This document shows, in pieces, positions 1 through 9,496 of a stretch of DNA of 64,000 nt. The first letter of the stretch is position 1. Each line of letters begins with the position of its first letter. This DNA comes from Candidatus Aenigmatarchaeota archaeon. GTDB taxonomy: Archaea > Aenigmatarchaeota > Aenigmatarchaeia > Aenigmatarchaeales > JAHLMR01. The stretch is from positions 1,058 to 65,057 of the forward strand of contig JAHLMR010000001.1 in assembly GCA_018920255.1 (NCBI GenBank), written 5' to 3'. The notes below the pieces were generated by a model. That model saw only the letters and a program-made list of their open reading frames with translations, searched no databases and had not been told where the DNA came from. The translations under genes were made by a program, and so were the position numbers.

Positions 1-2301
1 ATGGCTGATATGCAATTAAGAGGAATGGAATGGATAGAAGCAGACGGTAAACCTGCAAAAACTAATACTGTAAACTGTGATTGTTTTGAAATCAACAGTA
101 TTAAAAAAATAGATATACAAGAAAATGCACCATTAAAATATTTATCTTTAGATATAGAATGTATAACAGATGCAACAGATAGGATGCCTGATCCTTCTAA
201 AGATCCTATAATAATTATTTCATTATGTTTTTATCCTGAATATAAAAATAAAAAACAAATTATTTTAATATCAAAAAGGTCTGGAATAAAAAATGAAAAT
301 ATTATTGAAAATGATTCTGAAGAAAAAATGTTAGAAGAGTTTATTAATATAATAAAAGATTATGATCCAGATATTATAATAGGTTATAACATAAATAACT
401 TTGACATGCCATATTTAATACAAAGAATGGAAACGCTAAATATACCTAGAATGTTAGGAAGGGCAAATAAAGCTGCATTTTTAAAAAAACTTCAGCAAGG
501 TTATAGCACAAGTATTATTGGAAGAGTAATAGTTGATCCATATGAAATAATAAGAAGAGATCCTTGGCTAAAGTTTAAAAGATATGATTTAAATACAGTT
601 GCAAAAGAAATGCTAAACGATACTAAAATTGATATTGGTGGTATTAGAGAAATTAAACATTTATGGGAAAATGATATTAATAAACTTCTTGAATATGCAG
701 GAAAGGATGCTGAACTTGCATTAAAGCTTATAATACAAAAAGGTTTATTAGATAAATTTTTTGAATTATCTAAAATTTCTGGCTTATTACTTCAAGATAT
801 ATTTGGTGGCCAATCCCAAAGACATGAATTTAATATACTTTCAGAATTTGTAAAAGAAAATATATTAATGCCATGCAAACCTACTTTAAAAAGAAAATCT
901 CTTTCAGAAGATGAACTTAAAGGTGCTATAGTTTTTGAACCTGAAATTGGTTTACATAATAATGGAAATATTTTAGTACTTGATTTTACTTCACTATATC
1001 CATCTTTAATAAGAACTTATAATATTTGCCCGACAACCCTTCTATTAACAGATGAAAATGTACCATTCTATGAAAGTCCAATCGGTGTTAAATTTGTAAA
1101 AGAAACTGTAAAAGAAGGAGTTTTACCAAGAATTTTGAAAAAATTAATGGAATCTAGAAAGGCAGTAAGACAACAAATGAAAAATACAACTGATCCTGAA
1201 CTTTTAAGAATTTTAGATGCAAAACAACTTGCATTAAAAGATATGGCAAATAGTTTATATGGTTATACAGGATATTCTAGATCTAGACTTTTTGTTATGT
1301 CTATTGCAAATTCTATTACAGCATATGGAAGAGAGAATATTAAATTTTCTAAAGAATTAGTTGAAAAAAATTTTCCTGTAAAAGTTATTTATGGTGATAC
1401 AGATTCAATTTTTGTTAAAACTAATATAACAGATTTAGAAGCTTCAAATGAATTAGGTAATAAAATTTCTGAATTTGTCTCTGAAAGTCTTCCTGGTGTG
1501 CTTGAATTAAAGTTCGAAAAGATCTTTAAATCGTTCTTAATACTTTCTAAAAAAAGATATGCTGGTTGGTCTTTTGAAAAGGATGGAGATAAGTGGAAGG
1601 AAAAAATTGTTATGAAGGGTATAGAAACTGTTAGAAGAGATTGGTGTGAGCTAGTTGGTAAAACAATGAAAAATATTTTAAAGATAATTTTAAAGGATGG
1701 GGATATTAAGAAAGCTGCAAAAATATTTAGAGATGTTGCAAAAGATCTTGCTGAAGGAAAAATACCTTTAGAAGATTTAGTTGTTATTAAAAGCATAACA
1801 AAATCACTTGATTCTTATGATGGTGTGCAACCTCATGTTGAACTTGCAAAAAAAATGCTTGAAAGAAATCCTGCACTTGAAAATATTGTTGGTGAAAGAA
1901 TAGGTTATGTAATAATAAAAGGTACTGCATTACTTTCAAAAAGAGCTGAAGATCCAAAATATGTAAAAGAACATGGATTAGAAATTGATTCTAATTATTA
2001 CATTCAAAATCAACTTCTCCCTCCAATAGAAAGAATTTTTGAAGTTTGTGGTGTTACTACAACCGAACTTCTTGAAGGAAGTAAGCAAAAAAGTCTTATA
2101 GAGTTAATTAAAAAATCTTCTAGTAAAAGCGAAAGCAAAAATATTGAATTTCTTGAAAATTTTGATTCTGTTGTATGTAGAGGGTGTGGATGGTCTCATC
2201 ATAGACCTACTTTAAATGGAAAATGTTATTTATGCGGTGGACAACTAGCTTTTAGTTTTAATGGAAACATTAGCGATAAAATAAAAATTTTAGAAAATTA
2301 A
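1..2301 (+). CDS. polB: Family-B DNA polymerase, probably 5'-truncated by the window edge
   Basis: Exo I motif LSLDIECIT lies only ~50 aa from the first residue. The polymerase motif A region is DFTSLYPS and motif C is YGDTDS. The C terminus carries CRGCGW...CYLCGG Cys pairs (zinc finger). The ORF begins at nt 1, so the N-terminal domain is probably outside the window. Confidence 0.85.
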   Translation: MADMQLRGMEWIEADGKPAKTNTVNCDCFEINSIKKIDIQENAPLKYLSLDIECITDATDRMPDPSKDPIIIISLCFYPEYKNKKQIILISKRSGIKNENIIENDSEEKMLEEFINIIKDYDPDIIIGYNINNFDMPYLIQRMETLNIPRMLGRANKAAFLKKLQQGYSTSIIGRVIVDPYEIIRRDPWLKFKRYDLNTVAKEMLNDTKIDIGGIREIKHLWENDINKLLEYAGKDAELALKLIIQKGLLDKFFELSKISGLLLQDIFGGQSQRHEFNILSEFVKENILMPCKPTLKRKSLSEDELKGAIVFEPEIGLHNNGNILVLDFTSLYPSLIRTYNICPTTLLLTDENVPFYESPIGVKFVKETVKEGVLPRILKKLMESRKAVRQQMKNTTDPELLRILDAKQLALKDMANSLYGYTGYSRSRLFVMSIANSITAYGRENIKFSKELVEKNFPVKVIYGDTDSIFVKTNITDLEASNELGNKISEFVSESLPGVLELKFEKIFKSFLILSKKRYAGWSFEKDGDKWKEKIVMKGIETVRRDWCELVGKTMKNILKIILKDGDIKKAAKIFRDVAKDLAEGKIPLEDLVVIKSITKSLDSYDGVQPHVELAKKMLERNPALENIVGERIGYVIIKGTALLSKRAEDPKYVKEHGLEIDSNYYIQNQLLPPIERIFEVCGVTTTELLEGSKQKSLIELIKKSSSKSESKNIEFLENFDSVVCRGCGWSHHRPTLNGKCYLCGGQLAFSFNGNISDKIKILEN

Positions 2302-3497
2302 TGATATAAATAAAAAATAACTGTTGGTAAAATAAGACAACCTAAAGTGTGCGTTCTATTTACTCCAAATTTTATTGGAAGCATTCCTATTATTGTAGCA
2401 CAAATAAGTATTAAAATTCCTAAGAAATTGGAAAATAAATATACAACAAAAATTAAATAAATAAGTACTAAAAATAAAAGTTTTGAATAATTTATTTTTG
2501 TTATAGTTTTAATTAATTTTTTTGCTAAAAAATATGTAATAATTGCAGAAAAAATTCCAATGAAAATAAAAATTAAAATAAAAACTATTAAAGTTTCATA
2601 GTTTAAATTTATTAATTTTTGAATTGCTATAGCAATTCCAGATCTTGGATTTGAAATTAATAATATTGCTAATATAGAATAAAAAATATCAGAGGAATTT
2701 GCTGCTCCTAAAGAAATAAGAAATTTTTTTATATTTAAAATATTGTTTTCTATTTTTGTTTTTAAAAAACTTTGAACTAATATTATACTTTGAGTTATAC
2801 CAAATCCTGGTAAAATTCCTGCAATCAACCCTGATAAAACTCCCTGTCCAGAAGAAGTTAGTATTTGATTCATATTTACACCAATTTCTTTATTTTCAAT
2901 TTGTTCTTGTAAATTATTTTTTCTTTTAAGTGACTCAAAAATTATTGGTAACCCAAAAAATCCAGATAATAGTGGTAATAAAGCAGAATCTCCTATTTCA
3001 TTTAATGAAAAGTATCCTAAAATTCCAGATAAATTAAAAACAACAAGCGCTATTAATGGCTTTTCTTCTTTCCAAATCATGAAAAATACTGACAATAAAA
3101 GTAAAATATGAATAAAAGGACGAATTGAAAAATAAATACTTGGTAAAAATAGAAATAATAATGGTAAAGAAAAAATAGAAATAAATAAACCAATAACTCC
3201 ACCTAAAATAATTAATTTTATTGCAGTATATCCTTCGCCTAAAATAAATAGTTTATGACCTGGTAAAATACTAAGAGTTGAAGATTCTTCAGGTATACCA
3301 AAATAAATAGATGGTATAAATGAAATAAAGCAGTTTACAATACCGCATATAAAAATTAAAATAGCCGAATTATAACTTCCTAAATATGAAGATATTATAA
3401 AAATAAATGGTATAATATTATTTGGATGAAATCCTGGAATTAGCCCAGAAAAAATTCCTAAAATAATACCAAGTAAAATTATTAAAAATATTTCCAT
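2298..3497 (-). CDS. Polytopic membrane protein, TctA/DUF112-like (two internal repeats)
   Basis: Very hydrophobic 399-aa protein. Each half starts with a GxxPGF motif (GLIPGFHP, GILPGFG), as in the TctA/DUF112 transporter family. Assigned by pattern memory only. Confidence 0.4.
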   Translation of the reverse strand: MEIFLIILLGIILGIFSGLIPGFHPNNIIPFIFIISSYLGSYNSAILIFICGIVNCFISFIPSIYFGIPEESSTLSILPGHKLFILGEGYTAIKLIILGGVIGLFISIFSLPLLFLFLPSIYFSIRPFIHILLLLSVFFMIWKEEKPLIALVVFNLSGILGYFSLNEIGDSALLPLLSGFFGLPIIFESLKRKNNLQEQIENKEIGVNMNQILTSSGQGVLSGLIAGILPGFGITQSIILVQSFLKTKIENNILNIKKFLISLGAANSSDIFYSILAILLISNPRSGIAIAIQKLINLNYETLIVFILIFIFIGIFSAIITYFLAKKLIKTITKINYSKLLFLVLIYLIFVVYLFSNFLGILILICATIIGMLPIKFGVNRTHTLGCLILPTVIFYLYH

Positions 3498-3554
3498 ATA
3501 AAATTTATTTTCAAAATTTTAAATTAAATAAAATTACAACAAAAGTAGTTAGAT

Positions 3555-5234
3555 TTACTTTAAAATTTTTTCTGCAATTAATGCAAATGCCGGTCTTGTT
3601 ATAAATAATCCTATAATTATACCTATAATTGTTATTATAGCAAATCCACGCATAACACCCATTCCTATAAATGCCAATGGTATCATAGCAGCAATTACTG
3701 TAGATGCACTTCCAAATACCATAAATAATGCTTTTTTTATTCTTTGTTTAATTGTGTAAACTTCTTTGCTTGTATTACCATGAAGTATTTCATCTACAAT
3801 CATTATTTGAACGTCTATTCCTGTACCTAAAATTGTTATTATACCAACGATTGTTGGAAGATCTAATGTCCATTTTATTAATGCTGCTGCACCTAAAATT
3901 ATTATAAGTTCAAAAAATGTCCATAACGTCATAATTGAAGAAAGTTTTAAGTTTCTATATCTAACTGATAAAAAGATAAAAATCATTATTAATGCTATTA
4001 TAACAGCAGTTCCACTTGACTGTATAAATTCTGAACCTAAAGATGCAGAAATATGATCTATTTTTACTATATTAACGCTAACTGGTAATGCACCTGATTG
4101 TAAAATACTTTTTAACTTTAGCATTTCCTGAGATGCTTCTGCTTTTGTTATACCTCCTCCTGTTATAACTGGGTTTGTAATAATCTTGCCAGCAAGGTCT
4201 CCTGAAATCGATAAGTCATTTAATAAAATATCATCTAAAAATAAATATAATTTTGATTCTAAGTAAGAGTGCCCTGTTCTGGGATCAATATATACATTCA
4301 TTCCTTTAGTTACATCAGCAAATTTTTTTGCACCGGCATCTGAAATTGACACAGAAAACATGAATTCCCATGAATTTTTTCCTGTTTGATAAATTCTAGA
4401 AGTACAAATATTTGGTTGTTCAACCAAACATACTGATTTTATGTCAGAACCAGAAAAAACTGTAAATAAAAATACAACAGAATCATTTGTAATATTTATA
4501 ACTTCTGTTTTTATACCTGAAATTTCTATTGATTTATTATATTCTAAAGTTTTTGAATCAATAAAAATTGAATTATTTATAATAAAAAATTCATATGATT
4601 TATTTCCTAAGTTTAGACTACCTTTATCTCCATTTATTTTTACTAATTTTGGTATTTTTGCTTCAAATTTTCCTTGCTTTTCTATTAATTCTCTCATTTC
4701 TTCTTTTGTTCCAGATGCAAATTCAATTTGTATATATTTTTTTCCTGTTACAATATCGTTTATTTGTTGAAACTTTGCTTCTTTAAGTCCATAAGTATTT
4801 ATTCTTGTTTCAAATGCAGCTATAATTTGTTGAATTACTATATCACTTACATTTTCAGTTGGTTCAATTAATGCTCTTGTTCCTCCTATTAAATCTATTC
4901 CAAAATTTAAGTTAAATGGTTGTCTCTGAAAAACAGTTATTCCTAATCCTGGTTTTTCAATAAATACTATATCTAATTTTCCATTATGAATAAATCTTAA
5001 ATTTCCTGTAAAATTTTGAAATTTATCAATATCATCTTGGTTTTTTATTTCAATTTCATTCATCCATGATAAACTTTCTCCTGGATTTAGTTTTCCATAG
5101 AATGGTGAGTTAGGAGAAACTGACTTTACAATTACACCTGTTCCCTCAAGGGGAATTAATAAATATATAGATATTGCTAAAGAGAAGAATAGTAATAAAA
5201 ATCTCCATTCCTTTAATAAATTTTTAATATTCAT
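3555..5234 (-). CDS. secD: Protein-export membrane protein SecD
   Basis: An N-terminal TM segment and a large periplasmic-type domain are followed by a C-terminal multi-TM region (GTAVIIALIMIFIFLSVRYR...GTGIDVQIMIVDE) typical of SecD. It lies immediately downstream of secF with a 1-nt overlap. Confidence 0.75.
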   Translation of the reverse strand: MNIKNLLKEWRFLLLFFSLAISIYLLIPLEGTGVIVKSVSPNSPFYGKLNPGESLSWMNEIEIKNQDDIDKFQNFTGNLRFIHNGKLDIVFIEKPGLGITVFQRQPFNLNFGIDLIGGTRALIEPTENVSDIVIQQIIAAFETRINTYGLKEAKFQQINDIVTGKKYIQIEFASGTKEEMRELIEKQGKFEAKIPKLVKINGDKGSLNLGNKSYEFFIINNSIFIDSKTLEYNKSIEISGIKTEVINITNDSVVFLFTVFSGSDIKSVCLVEQPNICTSRIYQTGKNSWEFMFSVSISDAGAKKFADVTKGMNVYIDPRTGHSYLESKLYLFLDDILLNDLSISGDLAGKIITNPVITGGGITKAEASQEMLKLKSILQSGALPVSVNIVKIDHISASLGSEFIQSSGTAVIIALIMIFIFLSVRYRNLKLSSIMTLWTFFELIIILGAAALIKWTLDLPTIVGIITILGTGIDVQIMIVDEILHGNTSKEVYTIKQRIKKALFMVFGSASTVIAAMIPLAFIGMGVMRGFAIITIIGIIIGLFITRPAFALIAEKILK

Positions 5235-6076
5235 TATATTCCCTTCTTTTCAGCATACCAATAAATTAATGAAGCATTTGTTATCCATGTGTTTAAAATA
5301 TCAAATAATAATCCTATCATTAAAATTGATGCTATCTGCACTATAACATTTGAATATGAAATTAAAAATAAAACTGAAACAGCACAAAAAGAAGTACCTG
5401 TCATTGTAAGTCCTGTTTTTAATGCGCTTTTTAACTTTTCCTCTCTTAAAGATTGTTCACCCTTAATCATTCTTGTTGTTAGAAGAATATCTGTATCAAC
5501 ACTATAACCTATGAGTAAAAGCAAACCAGTAAATGTTGCTAAAGATAAAGGTATTCCTAAAAGTTGAGATGCTACAAATGTTTCAATAATATCTGCAACA
5601 CCACATAACACAACATAAAAACTTGGAAGAGGATTTTTAAACAAAATAAAAATTGTTATAGACATAAAAATAAATGCTACAAACAATACAAATTCTGCCT
5701 GTTTAAGAAAAGAAGTTCCTAGTGAAGCAGAAAGTGTTTGTACAGACCAATTTGAAAAACTATATCCATTTTCTTTTAATTTTGAAATTATTTCATCATA
5801 ATTAACATTTTCGCTTGTTTGAATTATTAATGTGTAATCAGATATTCCTTCTGATATTCTTATTGTTGGTTTATAATCTTTTAAAATGTTTTCGATAAAG
5901 TGGATATCTGGTTTATTATTTAAAGAAATTAAAATTTGAAGTCCGCCCTTCATATCTATATCATAAATTATACTATTATTCATTAACATATTAACTAATA
6001 AAATTATAGAAAAAAGTAAAATTAAAATTGGAATAAGTATAATAATTCGCTTTTTTATTAAATTAATATATAGCAT
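5234..6076 (-). CDS. secF: Protein-export membrane protein SecF
   Basis: 280-aa protein with SecF-like TM core (SASLGTSFLKQAEF...GYSVDTDILLTTRMIKGE). Adjacent to secD on the same strand and translationally coupled to it. Confidence 0.75.
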   Translation of the reverse strand: MLYINLIKKRIIILIPILILLFSIILLVNMLMNNSIIYDIDMKGGLQILISLNNKPDIHFIENILKDYKPTIRISEGISDYTLIIQTSENVNYDEIISKLKENGYSFSNWSVQTLSASLGTSFLKQAEFVLFVAFIFMSITIFILFKNPLPSFYVVLCGVADIIETFVASQLLGIPLSLATFTGLLLLIGYSVDTDILLTTRMIKGEQSLREEKLKSALKTGLTMTGTSFCAVSVLFLISYSNVIVQIASILMIGLLFDILNTWITNASLIYWYAEKKGI

Positions 6077-6110
6077 TTTATCACTTTATTTCTTTTAACT
6101 TAATAAATAT

Positions 6111-7052
6111 TTAAAGTTGTAATTTTGTTTTTTCTCCTGTTTTTAAATTTATTTTATAGTTCAGTGGCAATATTGATACTCCCTTATAATTTATTGGTTC
6201 TTTAATTGCATTAGTTATTATAATATCTGGTACTATATCTAAAATAAAATCAAGTTTTTTAATTTGTATAAATCTCTTTTTCAAAATATTAATAGGATAT
6301 TCTGTTCCTAAATAATAAAGAAATTTTATTCCATTTATATCTATTAAAGATGGGTTTAAAATTTGTGTTTCAGAATTATCAAAAATTATTTTTGAATTAT
6401 CTTCAGAAAGTAAAAAAATTATATCTGTATTAAATTTTATATTATCTTGGAATGAAACCTCCATATCATATTCTAATAAGTTTAGTTTATGTATCGGAAC
6501 GTCTGGAAAGATTATTTCCTTTGCTTTTATTTTTTTATTTTTTCCTTCTTCAATACATATGCCTGAAACTGCTATAACATCATCTTCTGAAATTTTTGAT
6601 ATTAATTCTTGTTCTGCTTCAACTTTTATTATTCCTGTTGGATCTTCTAATTCAAAAAAATTTTCTTTTTTATTGAAAACAATTCCTATAATAATACATT
6701 CCTTTGATGCGTTAGATATAGAAACAGCATCTTTTAATTCAACTTTTTGAGATAATATTTTTTGTATTTGATCCCATCTTCTAAAATATTTTTCAGTATA
6801 TTTTGTTATTGATATTTTTTTATTTTCTTCGAATAAAAAGTTATTTTCTGTTTCAATATTTTTTATTATACTAATTTCTGGAAATAATTTATAAAGAAAA
6901 TTTTTAGAAATTAAATAGCTATTGTTTGATACTAGCCTTTCTTTCAAATAAATTAATTGATTTTCAGATAGAGACTTAATTTTTTCTTTAGCTTCTGGTT
7001 GTATTAAAAATCCTTCTTTTATAAGTTCTAAAATATTATCCATAAAAATCAA
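6111..7052 (-). CDS. DP1-like protein: DNA polymerase D small-subunit N-terminal/OB region without a phosphoesterase domain
   Basis: The N-terminus ILELIKEGFLIQPEAKEKI resembles the conserved DP1 N-terminal helical domain (GYLITPSAY pattern). A central OB-like segment is present. No calcineurin-type PDE motifs (GNHD etc.) are present. It lies directly downstream of orc1/cdc6, the position dp1 holds in many Euryarchaeota. Confidence 0.4.
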   Translation of the reverse strand: MIFMDNILELIKEGFLIQPEAKEKIKSLSENQLIYLKERLVSNNSYLISKNFLYKLFPEISIIKNIETENNFLFEENKKISITKYTEKYFRRWDQIQKILSQKVELKDAVSISNASKECIIIGIVFNKKENFFELEDPTGIIKVEAEQELISKISEDDVIAVSGICIEEGKNKKIKAKEIIFPDVPIHKLNLLEYDMEVSFQDNIKFNTDIIFLLSEDNSKIIFDNSETQILNPSLIDINGIKFLYYLGTEYPINILKKRFIQIKKLDFILDIVPDIIITNAIKEPINYKGVSILPLNYKINLKTGEKTKLQL

Positions 7053-7055
7053 CAG

Positions 7056-8300
7056 TTATTTATTAAAAATTTCTTCAAGAAATTTTTCTATTTTATTATA
7101 AATGTGATCAGGAATGTTTAATGTAATCGTTCTTGTCCTTCCATATCTTCCTTTTGATATTATTCTTGTGCTTATTATTCCAAATAAATCTAATTCTGCT
7201 ATAAGATCACTTATTCTTCTTGTTGTAAGCTGTTTTAATCTATGTTCTTTACAAATTTTAATATATTGTTCTATAACATCTGAAGTATATATTTCTTGTG
7301 AGTTTCCATTTAAAGATTTTTGCGGATTTGATTTTACAAGCCTACATATTGCATAAAGAATAGCTTGACTTTGCTTTGGTTGCAGTCTAACTATTTCTAA
7401 AATATTATCTGTATCAATTTTACTTTCTGCTAAATCAACGTGCTTTAATCTAACCTTTGAATCCCCTTCTCTTTCAGCTAATTCTGCTGCTACTCTTAAA
7501 AGATCTAACGCTTTTCTTGCATCTCCATTTTCTTGTGCTGCTAATGCAGCACATTTTTCAATCACTCCTTCTTCAATAGCATCATCAGAAAAAGCTATTT
7601 TTGCTCTTTGTTTTAATATGTCAATAAGCTCAATAGCATTATATGGTGGAAATATAATTTCTTCCTCATTTAAACTTGATTTAACTCTTGGATCTAATTT
7701 TGATATTAAATTTAAATCATTTGTTATACCTATTATAGAAATTTTTGCTTTCTTTAATTCTTGATTTATACGTGTTATGTTGTATAGTATTTCGTCACCT
7801 GTTCGGTATATCAATGCATCTATTTCATCTATTATTAAAATAATAATCCTTTCTTCTGTATCTATAACATCATAAAACATTTGATATATTTTTTGTGTTG
7901 GCAGTCCAGTAAACGGTACTTCGACATTAAATTCTTTTAATATTTGTGCTATAAGTCTATATTCTGTATCAGCAGAATGTTTTAATTTGCAATTTATGTA
8001 TATAACCTTTATTTTATGACCTGTACTTTCAGCTGCTTTTTCTAAATGATTACAAACAAACCTAGTAACACATGTTTTTCCTGTTCCTGTTCTTCCGTAA
8101 ATAAATATATTACTTGGTTTTGATCCTCTTAATGCTGGTGCTAATATTTTACTTATTGTATTAATTTGTTCTTCTCTGTGTGGTATTGTTTCAGGTGTAA
8201 AAGAAATAGTTAATGCATTCCTTTGTATAAAAATCGGTTTTGATTCTAAATACTTGTTAAAAATATTTGTTATATTGTTAGCATTATTATTAACATCCAT
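7056..8300 (-). CDS. cdc6: Orc1/Cdc6 replication initiator (full length: AAA+ plus C-terminal winged helix)
   Basis: N-terminal signature FTPETIPHREEQI, Walker A IYGRTGTGKT and Walker B IIILIIDEIDAL are present. The C-terminal winged helix is ~414 aa from the start. A GGAGG RBS lies upstream. Confidence 0.9.
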   Translation of the reverse strand: MDVNNNANNITNIFNKYLESKPIFIQRNALTISFTPETIPHREEQINTISKILAPALRGSKPSNIFIYGRTGTGKTCVTRFVCNHLEKAAESTGHKIKVIYINCKLKHSADTEYRLIAQILKEFNVEVPFTGLPTQKIYQMFYDVIDTEERIIILIIDEIDALIYRTGDEILYNITRINQELKKAKISIIGITNDLNLISKLDPRVKSSLNEEEIIFPPYNAIELIDILKQRAKIAFSDDAIEEGVIEKCAALAAQENGDARKALDLLRVAAELAEREGDSKVRLKHVDLAESKIDTDNILEIVRLQPKQSQAILYAICRLVKSNPQKSLNGNSQEIYTSDVIEQYIKICKEHRLKQLTTRRISDLIAELDLFGIISTRIISKGRYGRTRTITLNIPDHIYNKIEKFLEEIFNK

Positions 8301-8334
8301 AGGAAAAACCTCCTCTTCTTTTGTAAGAAGAGAT

Positions 8335-8465
8335 TATTGTCATGAACATATTTAAAGTTTATGTTCACTTTTTGGTTTACATAGGAAATGAAGGGGTGTG
8401 AATATCAATAAAATTATAATTATTCGTTTTGTGAAGATTTTATATTCACATGATTATTCATTTTC
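8335..8465. promoter_or_regulatory. Inverted repeats built from GTGAA/TTCAC half-sites upstream of orc1/cdc6
   Basis: TCATGAACATA...TATGTTCAC forms an inverted repeat with a 12-nt spacer. GTGTGAATAT...ATATTCACAT forms another with a ~35-nt spacer. The half-site matches the TTCACGTGAA palindrome at 19.4-20.0 kb. Confidence 0.4.
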
Positions 8466-8619
8466 ATTAGAAAATAATAACTCTCACCCTTAAATTTCCC
8501 ATAGAAATTGTTTATTCTTTTTAAGAATAAACCTTTATTTCTTATAACATTGTTATTTAATAATATATAATAATTGTATTTGTTCCTATTGAAATAATGG
8601 GGTATGGGTTATAATTAAT

Positions 8620-9363
8620 TTATAAAAAATTTTTTCTTAAACAGTCTATAATACTTTGTGTATCCTTTTTTATAATTGCAATAGGTATATTTTCTAATTC
8701 TGCTATTTTTCTTGCCAAATCATCAATATCCTCAGAACTTTGAAATATAACTAATCCAGGTTTAACATTACTAACCTTCAAAGCAACCATTGTACTTTTC
8801 CCTTTATGCGCACCTATAAAGATAATAGCCCTATTATTTGTTAAGCTATATAATTGAATAAATTGTATAGATGGTAGTTCTAATATAGCTTTCATTGTAT
8901 CTACAATTGTATAACCATAAATCTTATTTTCAATATTTTCATTACCAACAATAATAATAGCATCTAAAACTTTACAAAAATCTTTTATTGTAATACCTTT
9001 TCTAAAATCTGCAACATCAATAATAGATGAAAACTTATTTGTTTTATTAGGCATATTTATAAATTCTTTAATAACTTTTCCTCCATATTTTTCGTCAATT
9101 TCTATAAGAGCATTTACTATTTTACGAATCATTTTTATTCCAGGGCTTTGTCTTCTACCATTTTCATAATCACTTATTACAGAAGGCATAACACCTATTT
9201 TATCAGCAAGTTTTTTTTGTGAAACTTTAAAGATGTTTCTCCATTTTTGAATAGTTTTACCTGGTTCTGAACTTAAAACAATATCTCCTGCAATTCTTTT
9301 TGCTACAATTATTTTATCTAAATTATTAACATCATTATTTTCTTCTTCATTCATATCTTTCAT
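8620..9363 (-). CDS. XRE-type HTH transcriptional regulator with a C-terminal uncharacterised domain
   Basis: The HTH segment SQKKLADKIGVMPSVISDYENGRRQS is typical of XRE/Cro HTH. The C-terminal ~150 aa are of unknown function. Confidence 0.6.
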   Translation of the reverse strand: MKDMNEEENNDVNNLDKIIVAKRIAGDIVLSSEPGKTIQKWRNIFKVSQKKLADKIGVMPSVISDYENGRRQSPGIKMIRKIVNALIEIDEKYGGKVIKEFINMPNKTNKFSSIIDVADFRKGITIKDFCKVLDAIIIVGNENIENKIYGYTIVDTMKAILELPSIQFIQLYSLTNNRAIIFIGAHKGKSTMVALKVSNVKPGLVIFQSSEDIDDLARKIAELENIPIAIIKKDTQSIIDCLRKNFL

Positions 9364-9496
9364 CTCTTTGTGAAATACTTATATATAATTGTCGTATTGA
9401 TATTTAAATGTTTATCAAATGAAATTCTAAATAATTGATTTAAAATTTTTAACTTATCAGTAAATTATTTAAGCTTTTATATTTTAATTTATAAAT

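Noticed and set aside
1389-1796. Antisense and overlapping short ORFs inside well-supported genes: 1389-1796, 4441-4786, 5289-5507, 6559-6750, 7114-7356, 10791-10982, 11207-11419, 11896-12525, 12601-12804, 17390-17638, 24618-24869, 25990-26517, 31323-31619, 31662-31847, 32061-32327, 33225-33473, 34409-34618, 35145-35636, 35817-36104, 36623-36835, 39454-39729, 43219-43437, 43604-43918, 44678-45419, 45819-46324, 51099-51335, 52112-52427, 55881-56299, 56879-57184, 62164-62364, 63375-63557
   Set aside because: These are low-complexity, Leu/Phe/Ile-rich translations of the opposite strand of AT-rich coding DNA. They are fully nested in genes with clear homology and lack RBS or other motifs. They are artefacts of the ORF finder in low-GC sequence.
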